A stretch of DNA of 55,682 bases from an uncultured virus (IMG/VR IMGVR_UViG_3300025141_012107) (taxonomy: Duplodnaviria > Heunggongvirae > Uroviricota > Caudoviricetes). The stretch lies in IMG/VR virus record IMGVR_UViG_3300025141_012107; one strand, written 5' to 3'. Positions 1 to 5,765 of this stretch are shown one piece after another. Within the stretch, counting starts at the first letter, position 1, and every line of letters begins with the position of its first letter. The translations under genes and the position numbers were made by a program. Below the pieces are notes generated by a model. It was not told the DNA's origin. It saw only the letters and a program-made list of their open reading frames with translations, and did no database searches.

Positions 1-223
1 ACAGGTTGACGATGAACAGTTCCTTATGGTCACGGATCTCGCCATTGTCAGCATACCATGCGCCCAAACGAACGTAGAACAACGGATCTTGAGCAATCAT
101 CTGTTCATGAACAGGATGACTTGCGCTCAGATTTCTGTGGGGAGTCATCAACAGCGTATTCAGCATCCCCAAACGAAGATCCTGTTCACTGGACGTATCA
201 ACTTGTGCAGTTCGTACAGCCAT
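1..223 (-). CDS. N-terminal part (runs off the window) of a probable TROVE/Ro60-like (ROT)-vWA family protein
   Basis: Hand translation MAVRTAQVDTSSEQDLRLGMLNTLLMTPHRNLSASHPVHEQMIAQDPLFYVRLGAWYADNGEIRDHKELFIVNL, with AAGGAG RBS. It resembles the N-terminus (E.DLRL.MLN.LL.TPHR, DP.FY, G..RDHKE) I recall for cyanobacterial/planctomycete TROVE-like vWA proteins. Not in the ORF track because it is truncated. Confidence 0.6.
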   Translation of the reverse strand, partial: MAVRTAQVDTSSEQDLRLGMLNTLLMTPHRNLSASHPVHEQMIAQDPLFYVRLGAWYADNGEIRDHKELFIVNL

Positions 224-273
224 GGTCTTTCTCCTTAGAAAGAGTTTTACAAATTATCGATTCGGATTCGGAA

Positions 274-483
274 TTAACCGAATACAGCCTGCGGACGAAG
301 AGTCATGTCACCGGTTTCTGCGTTGCGGTCAACAACGAAACCATTCATCTTGGTGAGAGGAGCACTGAAGTGATTAGCTACAGCCTGCTTGACGTCTTGG
401 TCGGTAGAGAGATCGCCCACATCGATATCCTCGAAGAGAAGATCGAACGATTCTCCATTGTATCTGACGTGAAGTACTGACAT
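274..483 (-). CDS. Small ubiquitin-like (beta-grasp) protein ending in AVFG
   Basis: 69 aa; LHVRYNGESFDL start and LRPQAVFG C-terminal Gly; AAGGAG RBS. Confidence 0.6.
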   Translation of the reverse strand: MSVLHVRYNGESFDLLFEDIDVGDLSTDQDVKQAVANHFSAPLTKMNGFVVDRNAETGDMTLRPQAVFG

Positions 484-528
484 TTTTCATCTCCTTTCGT
501 CTGCAAGCCTCAAGAGAGGCATAAAAAA

Positions 529-660
529 AGCCTTGTCTAAGTTTCAGGACGGTTTCTTGGGTAACGTGCAAGATTTGAACTTGCGACCTTCACTTCCTAA
601 TAGTGACGCTCAACCTACTGAGCTAACGTTTGTAACGTCCAAATTGTTGGAGACAAGGCT
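529..660 (-). ncRNA. Y-RNA-like RNA A: tRNA-like domain nested inside the conserved module
   Basis: 10-bp terminal stem AGCCUUGUCU/AGACAAGGCU followed by a U-run; inner stem GGACG/CGUCC; UACAAAC; D arm GCUC-AGUAGGUU-GAGC; anticodon-like arm UCACU-AUUAGGA-AGUGA; T arm GCAAG-UUCAAAU-CUUGC. Confidence 0.75.
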
Positions 661-663
661 AAG

Positions 664-798
664 TGGGAGAGGTAGGAGTCGAACCTACGAGTCTTGCGTT
701 TTCAGGGCAATGCTTTACCAAAAGTTTGTAAGCTACATCCCATTGGAGACGGACAAGCCGTCTAAGTCAGAATAGCTATAGCACTAAGCTACTCTCCC
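664..798 (-). ncRNA. tRNA-Phe(GAA)-like RNA B with about 60-nt structured D-loop insertion
   Basis: Acceptor GGGAGAG/CUCUCCC-A; T arm GUAGG-UUCGACU-CCUAC; anticodon loop CUGAAAA (closing pair is a C-C mismatch); D-loop holds ACUUAGACGG-CUUGU-CCGUCUCCAA...UACAAAC. Confidence 0.8.
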
Positions 799-823
799 AT
801 AATTATTCAGTTTTCAAAAAGCG

Positions 824-894
824 AACGTCCAAGTTCAGGCAGCGGTCAAAGCATTCCGAAGATTGGTTTGTATGCTGTCCTTGTTGGGGACGTC
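824..894 (-). ncRNA. Minimal module-only RNA C (no tRNA domain)
   Basis: GACGUCC-CCAA...CAGC-AUACAAAC...GCUG...AACUU-GGACGUU. Confidence 0.7.
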
Positions 895-908
895 AACTTA
901 ATTTCAAG

Positions 909-1050
909 TGGGGGAGACAGGACTCGAACCTGTAGTCTTTCGCTTATGAGGCAAACGCTTTTCCATTTGTTTGTAAGCTACGACCTATTGGAGACGAACA
1001 AGCCGTCTAAGTTGGAATAGCTGTTTAACGTAGTTTTTAGCTACTCCCCC
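909..1050 (-). ncRNA. tRNA-Met/Ile2(CAU)-like RNA D with about 68-nt structured D-loop insertion
   Basis: Acceptor GGGGGAG/CUCCCCC-A; anticodon arm UUUGC-CUCAUAA-GCGAA; T arm ACAGG-UUCGAGU-CCUGU; insertion nearly identical to that in RNA B. Confidence 0.8.
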
Positions 1051-1055
1051 ATGGA

Positions 1056-1100
1056 GGTCCCGGTCGCCAAGTTTCCGAAGAAGCTTGACGAGTCAGGACC
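1056..1100 (-). other. Long UUCG-capped hairpin within the ncRNA cluster
   Basis: GGUCCUG-ACUCGUCAAG-CUUC-UUCG-GAAA-CUUGGCGA-CCGGGACC. Confidence 0.5.
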
Positions 1101-1142
1101 ATATAGTTTTCAAAGAACTCTTTGAAAAGTCAAGAAGAAACA

Positions 1143-1287
1143 GGCGTCCAAGTTCGAGCAGCGGTATGACATTAGTCACAGATCTTAAATCTGTTGCCTT
1201 ATCCACTTGGCTATACGTTCATGTTGGTGAACATAGTGGGATTCGAACCCACGTTGTTGTTTGTACGCTACGCCAGTAGGGGACGCC
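1143..1287 (-). ncRNA. YrlA-like RNA E: circularly permuted tRNA-Leu(UAA)-like domain inside the conserved module
   Basis: 5'->3' order: GGCGUCC-CCUA, GUAGC, UACAAAC, T arm (GUGGG-UUCGAAU-CCCAC), acceptor UAUGUUCA/UGAACGUA closed by loop CCAACA, D arm, anticodon arm (UAA), GCUGC, AACUU-GGACGCC. Confidence 0.8.
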
Positions 1288-1418
1288 GGTTTCTTCTTCA
1301 CTTGTCAAAGTCGAGCCTTACGACTCTGCCCTATCTTATCAGCTTCCCAGCCACTTTCAAGGGCAATATTCAACTTATCGGCTTTTTCTTGAAATTCCTT
1401 TAATGAATTCCGCAAAGC

Positions 1419-1727
1419 TCAGTTTTTCTTACCTCTCGCAGCTTCAGAGGGCATCTTACCATATCTTTTATGGCTGTCAACCCCTAAATCATCGTCGTCA
1501 AAATCATCTCCGTCATCCCAAACTTCTCCGTTCTCATCTTTGTAACGCTCGTCTTTCATCCAAGTTATCACAACAGGATCTTCGCCTCGATAAAACTTTT
1601 CCTGATGCTGCCCGTCATGATCCTGGGGGAGAGGACATCGGACGGTAGCAACCCCATCGCCAAAGTCGTCTCCGATATAAAGGTGAGCATTACATTCGCC
1701 TTCAACATCTTCTGGTTTTCCAAACAT
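1419..1727 (-). CDS. Hypothetical protein (CxLxxxHxGxH motif, acidic tail)
   Basis: ORF with TAGGAG RBS. Confidence 0.6.
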   Translation of the reverse strand: MFGKPEDVEGECNAHLYIGDDFGDGVATVRCPLPQDHDGQHQEKFYRGEDPVVITWMKDERYKDENGEVWDDGDDFDDDDLGVDSHKRYGKMPSEAARGKKN

Positions 1728-1746
1728 TCGTTTCTCCTAAGTTAAG

Positions 1747-1828
1747 TGCGGAAGGAGGGACTTGAACCCTCAAGCCTTACGGCACTGGATTTTAAATCCA
1801 GCGTGTTTGCCAATTTCACCACTCCCGC
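1747..1828 (-). tRNA. tRNA-Leu(TAA)
   Basis: Full cloverleaf with long variable arm; loop TTTAAAA. Confidence 0.95.
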
Positions 1829-1829
1829 T

Positions 1830-2300
1830 CTATTCATTCCAATCGCTGTCGATCATATCGTAAGGATCGAAACCCATTCTTTTCAACTTGTTCCAAAAGC
1901 GAATGTTATCTCGTTCTCTTTGTTCCTGTTTCTCCTCTTCCTTTCTAGCCCATTCTTCTCGATGCAATTTAATCTCTTCCAGCCTTGCCCTGCGACATTG
2001 GCTACACATGTTCCATAGGTATCTGCATCGCACATGAGGGTCAAGCTTCCGTCTTGCATGTTCGGTAAACTTGCTGCTATCCTTTTTGTTTGCCGTTTTC
2101 TTTACCTTGTACTGAGTCTTGCGATGCTTCTTCCAAGACCTTACGATGGTCGTTGAAACGTCGTCCCATGCGTCAGGCAACATTCGGGGAGTCCTTTTCC
2201 CTCGAATCCTGTAACGCATTTCAGCATCTTCCATGTCCTCCAAGGACCCGTAGTAGCCACGACGTTCATTGGTCGTTGCGGGGGATCTGAAGTAACCCAT
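1830..2300 (-). CDS. Basic Arg/Lys-rich hypothetical protein (YFRSPATTNERR, LPDAWDD, RSWKKHRKTQYK)
   Basis: 156-aa ORF; RBS lies inside an upstream hairpin. Confidence 0.7.
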   Translation of the reverse strand: MGYFRSPATTNERRGYYGSLEDMEDAEMRYRIRGKRTPRMLPDAWDDVSTTIVRSWKKHRKTQYKVKKTANKKDSSKFTEHARRKLDPHVRCRYLWNMCSQCRRARLEEIKLHREEWARKEEEKQEQRERDNIRFWNKLKRMGFDPYDMIDSDWNE

Positions 2301-2304
2301 TTTC

Positions 2305-2363
2305 GTATCTCCTATGCAAAGTTAAACACTTCACATAGGAGATACCGGCTTTGTCCTTTTCAT
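2305..2363 (-). promoter_or_regulatory. Leader peptide MKRTKPVSPM overlapping a hairpin that sequesters the downstream RBS
   Basis: 12-bp inverted repeat GTATCTCCTATG/CATAGGAGATAC (2305-2345); uORF 2363->2331. Confidence 0.55.
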
Positions 2364-2379
2364 ATCTGTATCCTTTCAA

Positions 2380-2465
2380 TACGGGCGAGAGGGGTCGAAC
2401 CTCCATAGGATTTTACTCCCGCCAGATCCTAAGTCTGGTGCGTCTGCCAGTTCCGCCACGCCCGC
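2380..2465 (-). tRNA. tRNA-Leu(TAG)
   Basis: Cloverleaf, loop CTTAGGA, long variable arm. Confidence 0.95.
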
Positions 2466-2474
2466 TCTTTCAAA

Positions 2475-2560
2475 TACGGATAAGAGGAGTCGAACCTCCA
2501 TGGGATTTTACTCCCGCTAGATTCTGAGTCTAGTGCGTCTGCCTATTCCGCCACATCCGC
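2475..2560 (-). tRNA. tRNA-Leu(CAG)
   Basis: Cloverleaf, loop CTCAGAA, long variable arm. Confidence 0.95.
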
Positions 2561-3052
2561 TCTTAAGTCATTTTTGTTCTTGTTCCTTCCTCCATATGTA
2601 GGAGTTTGACTATGACAATTTGGACATAGTAATCTAAGATTCCTTATGCGATTGTCTGTCCTGTCTCCGTTCTCGTGGTCCAAATGCATTGAAAGAGGTT
2701 CTCCATTCCACTCTGTTCCCATTCCGCATTTAGAACATTTTTCTTCCAGTTTGCCACATTCGATTAACCTTTTCTTAAGGTGGCAATTGTTGTATACGAC
2801 TCCCTTTTTTAGGAGATCCCTTAACTCTCTCTTACTAGGTGGGCTCCATGTTTTATCAAGCTTTCTTCTAGATGCCTGCCCTAAAAAATGACTCGTATCT
2901 ATCTTGAAGTTTTCAATCTTGCCCTTCAAGTGAGAATGATTCCCCCCTGAAGGAGCAAGCCCTATCTTCTCCAAAACCTGGCTAATGGAGAAAGAAGTAG
3001 CTACTGCCTCCTCCAGATCTTGGATAGAATACCTTTTCGACGTATGCTTCAT
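2543..3052 (-). CDS. HNH homing endonuclease embedded in the tRNA array
   Basis: CxxC...HLDHENGDRTDNRIRNLRLLCPNCH; stop codon lies inside the tRNA-Leu(CAG) D-loop. Confidence 0.9.
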   Translation of the reverse strand: MKHTSKRYSIQDLEEAVATSFSISQVLEKIGLAPSGGNHSHLKGKIENFKIDTSHFLGQASRRKLDKTWSPPSKRELRDLLKKGVVYNNCHLKKRLIECGKLEEKCSKCGMGTEWNGEPLSMHLDHENGDRTDNRIRNLRLLCPNCHSQTPTYGGRNKNKNDLRADVAE

Positions 3053-3115
3053 ATTGCACCTCCACTATTAGGTACAATATCTTATAGTAAACCTCCTTCA
3101 CAATTTACCAATGAG

Positions 3116-3140
3116 GTTTGCCAGTTTCCGTCACCTGGGC
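3116..3140 (-). pseudogene. 5' fragment of a tRNA-Leu-type gene
   Basis: GCCCAGG-TG-ACGG-AAACTGGCAAAC, then similarity ends. Confidence 0.55.
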
Positions 3141-3146
3141 TTTATT

Positions 3147-3320
3147 TTACCATGTTTGCCTCACGGATGCATCCTTTTTCTTGCCAAATTCTTTTTCTTC
3201 TGTCGAATTCAAAGGGATTCTATGATCCCGCAGGATGTCAAAGAGATTTCGTTTACCTTGCCGGTCTTCGGCTCTCTTACGGTCATAGTCGTCTCCTTCG
3301 TCGTTTGCTTGAGTTTTCAT
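3147..3320 (-). CDS. Small hypothetical protein (start revised to MKTQ)
   Basis: AAGGAG RBS; the longer ORF-track start overlaps a tRNA-like element. Confidence 0.5.
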   Translation of the reverse strand: MKTQANDEGDDYDRKRAEDRQGKRNLFDILRDHRIPLNSTEEKEFGKKKDASVRQTW

Positions 3321-3337
3321 AGCAGTTCTCCTTTTAA

Positions 3338-3421
3338 TGCACCGGGTTGGATTCGAACCAACGTAGACTTTCGCCAACAGTTTGACAGACTGCTGCAACT
3401 CTCCAACTTTGCCGCACGCTC
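3338..3421 (-). pseudogene. Chimeric/pseudo tRNA with GTC (Asp) anticodon on a Tyr-like class II body
   Basis: D, anticodon, variable and T arms intact; acceptor strands GAGCGTG/CCGGTGC mostly unpaired. Confidence 0.6.
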
Positions 3422-3428
3422 TCAGTTA

Positions 3429-3465
3429 TTACAGCCTACCGGGCTCACCACCTGCCCAACTCGCC
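3429..3465 (-). pseudogene. 5' half of tRNA-Tyr(GTA)
   Basis: Acceptor 5' strand, D arm GGGC-AGGTGGTGA-GCCC, then GTAGG-CTGTAA; no 3' half follows. Confidence 0.55.
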
Positions 3466-3479
3466 TATTAAGTTTCAAA

Positions 3480-3562
3480 TACCCCTGACAGGAGTCGAAC
3501 CTGTACGCCTTAATCGGCAGTAGGTTTTGAACCTACCGTGTCTGCCGTTCCACCACAGGGGC
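3480..3562 (-). tRNA. tRNA-Leu(CAA)
   Basis: Cloverleaf, loop TTCAAAA. Confidence 0.95.
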
Positions 3563-3573
3563 TCTGTTTCAAA

Positions 3574-3657
3574 AGGCCGCTGAGGGATTCGAACCCTCGA
3601 TGGCTTAACGCCAGCGGATTTGCAATCCGCTCCCTTTGTCCGCTCGGGCAAACGGCC
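3574..3657 (-). tRNA. tRNA-Cys(GCA) with long variable arm
   Basis: Loop TTGCAAA; U73; variable arm TGGC-GTTAA-GCCA. Confidence 0.85.
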
Positions 3658-3862
3658 ATACAGTATTCAGTTTTTGGTCGTAAGTATATGTTAGAGCGTA
3701 CAGCATAAGCTGTCGCTCAAAATATACCATAGAGAGGTGCTAAGCAAGAAGCCAGAATGTTCGATTCTCTTAGTCATAACAGAAGTATCCTATCATACCA
3801 TCGTCACATTTCAAGCCTTTTCTGAAGAATCCTGCAATAATTTTCGGCATAAAAAGGCCCCT

Positions 3863-4657
3863 CTAGTTAGTAAATCCGCCGCCAGTTGCAACCTGACTGA
3901 ACGATTGCGAACCTTGGCTCGCCTGAACAGCAGACTGCGAAAAGACTTGGCATGCCTTTCTGATCGAAGAAGGATCACTTTTGGGAGTAAGAATCCATTC
4001 GTCACGGACTCCCATCTCGCCAAAAACCTGTTTGAAGTCAACCGATCCGTCGTCAACTCCCATCGCTGCGATGATATGGTTCTCGCTTTGCAGCATATCA
4101 TCAACAATCGCCTTGACTTTCTTAGCCGTCATGACGTACGAATGTTGGTCTGCGCCATCGCTGATGATCAAGCTGATCGAGCGAGCGAAAACGCCGTTGT
4201 CCTTGAACTCTTGAGACTTGGCCAAGATCGTTGCGAGAAACGCAGCCGTTTGATCGTACAAGGGAGTACCTTGATTCGGATCATAGTTGCTGGTCGTCAG
4301 TTCCGAGACTGCATCGATCAGTCCGAACGGATTGATAATCTCGCCGTTGAGCAATTGAGTGAAGGCCAAGATATTATCCCGCTGCTTCGAATCCCTCAAC
4401 GCTTGAATGACGAGATTATGTCCGTCCCGAACAGCTTGAGTACTGCCTTGGACAAATCGAATCGAACCACTATCGTCAGGCATAATGCCTAAGAGGACAA
4501 CTTCGCTCGCTTCGATATCGTCAACATCGACACCCATTGCTTCCTGAATCTGTTCGCCAACATCGAGGATTTCGATGGACTCCGCTCCCTCGGCAGACAG
4601 ATCTCCTTGATCTTGGGCCGATTCGAAAAGCGTACCAATCGTAGCTGAAGTACTCAT
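3863..4657 (-). CDS. vWA domain protein (TerY-like)
   Basis: MIDAS motif DDSGSI, GTPLYD, ISDGAD; start revised to MSTSATIG after GGAG RBS. Confidence 0.85.
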   Translation of the reverse strand: MSTSATIGTLFESAQDQGDLSAEGAESIEILDVGEQIQEAMGVDVDDIEASEVVLLGIMPDDSGSIRFVQGSTQAVRDGHNLVIQALRDSKQRDNILAFTQLLNGEIINPFGLIDAVSELTTSNYDPNQGTPLYDQTAAFLATILAKSQEFKDNGVFARSISLIISDGADQHSYVMTAKKVKAIVDDMLQSENHIIAAMGVDDGSVDFKQVFGEMGVRDEWILTPKSDPSSIRKACQVFSQSAVQASQGSQSFSQVATGGGFTN

Positions 4658-4685
4658 TTTTGCAGACTCCTTTTCGATTCTTTGA

Positions 4686-5753
4686 TTAATCGATATCGAC
4701 GCCGGGCCAATCAACGATGGGAGTGGTAGATTTAACGACATGCATCCCTGCGTTGACAAAACGTTCGAACGCTTCATCGGCCTGCGGAGTTGCATCGTAG
4801 ATCGGAGGATCTCCCGGATACTGTCCAGGGATCACAACCGGCGACGTACAATCTTCAAGCAGATAGATCTTCTTCACCAACGACGGGTCCTGTTGATTGA
4901 TCTCATCCAGCAGATCGTTGATAAACCATGCGAAGCAGTGACTCTTGGCTTCTCCCAACCCGATGATGATATCGTGGTCGAGAATAAGCTTGAGGAATCC
5001 AACCTTCTTCTGGGCGATGGATGTCCCATCCTGATCAGCCAAAACATCAGGCTGAATCGGAGAGTAATTCTCCGTCAGCGGATTCCCGCCCTTGATCTGA
5101 GTCTTGCGTTCATTGTGTCGGGCGACGGTATGGAAGAAGATCGCTTCATGGAGCAGGGGAATCAACGCATGTTCCAACCCGCCGAGAATGGCATGATAGG
5201 GCCATGGCGTCAATGCATATCGACGGTAAGCCGATGATCCCGTATTGAGGGTTTTCGAGTAATGCCTCAGATACGTTTCGAGATACATATAGTTGCCGCC
5301 CTTGATGGTATGGGCAACGGCTGGATTGACTTTCCATTTGCCGCTTTGAATGTCAGCGTCCTCGATGGGAAGTCCCGGCGTAGGATGGTTGCCGTCATCA
5401 TCAACGAGAAAGATTTGATGGAAGATCTGGATGACAGTATGCGTATCCATCGTCGGAGCAATGGATGTAATCAGGTGCATGTTTTCATAGATGAACTTAC
5501 ATGCTCTGACGCAGTCGTCATACGCACCGGCAACCGGAAGACCGCCCTGAGGATGGGCGAAGGTCAACTGAACGTCAATAGGAATGACGCAGATTTTGGT
5601 TTTGTCGATAGCGGCAGACTTGATGCCATGTTGTTTGGCCCAATCTTCCGCTTGCGGAGCCAGGTTTTCGTAGTCAACGAACCAGAGATCGCCAACTCGA
5701 CTTTCATCGAAATGGGCGGGAATCGGGAGCGTTGAAGCGGCTACTGAAGACAT
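4686..5753 (-). CDS. Isochorismatase/nicotinamidase-family cysteine hydrolase
   Basis: IDVQ, MDTH, WPYHA, KG, GEAKSHC (Asp-Lys-Cys triad). Confidence 0.85.
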   Translation of the reverse strand: MSSVAASTLPIPAHFDESRVGDLWFVDYENLAPQAEDWAKQHGIKSAAIDKTKICVIPIDVQLTFAHPQGGLPVAGAYDDCVRACKFIYENMHLITSIAPTMDTHTVIQIFHQIFLVDDDGNHPTPGLPIEDADIQSGKWKVNPAVAHTIKGGNYMYLETYLRHYSKTLNTGSSAYRRYALTPWPYHAILGGLEHALIPLLHEAIFFHTVARHNERKTQIKGGNPLTENYSPIQPDVLADQDGTSIAQKKVGFLKLILDHDIIIGLGEAKSHCFAWFINDLLDEINQQDPSLVKKIYLLEDCTSPVVIPGQYPGDPPIYDATPQADEAFERFVNAGMHVVKSTTPIVDWPGVDID

Positions 5754-5765
5754 TTGCTAACCTCC

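Noticed and set aside
664..1050. Repeated insert read as a CRISPR repeat or an archaeal BHB intron
   Set aside because: Only two near-identical copies, each inside a tRNA; no spacer periodicity, no cas genes and no clear bulge-helix-bulge motif.
533..1403. Plus-strand ORFs (533-775, 1085-1279, 1194-1403) over the ncRNA cluster
   Set aside because: They are antisense to structured RNAs, lack an obvious RBS and have no protein motifs.
4658..4795. N-terminal extension of the vWA ORF in the ORF track
   Set aside because: It overlaps the hydrolase gene, and a good RBS precedes the ATG at 4657.
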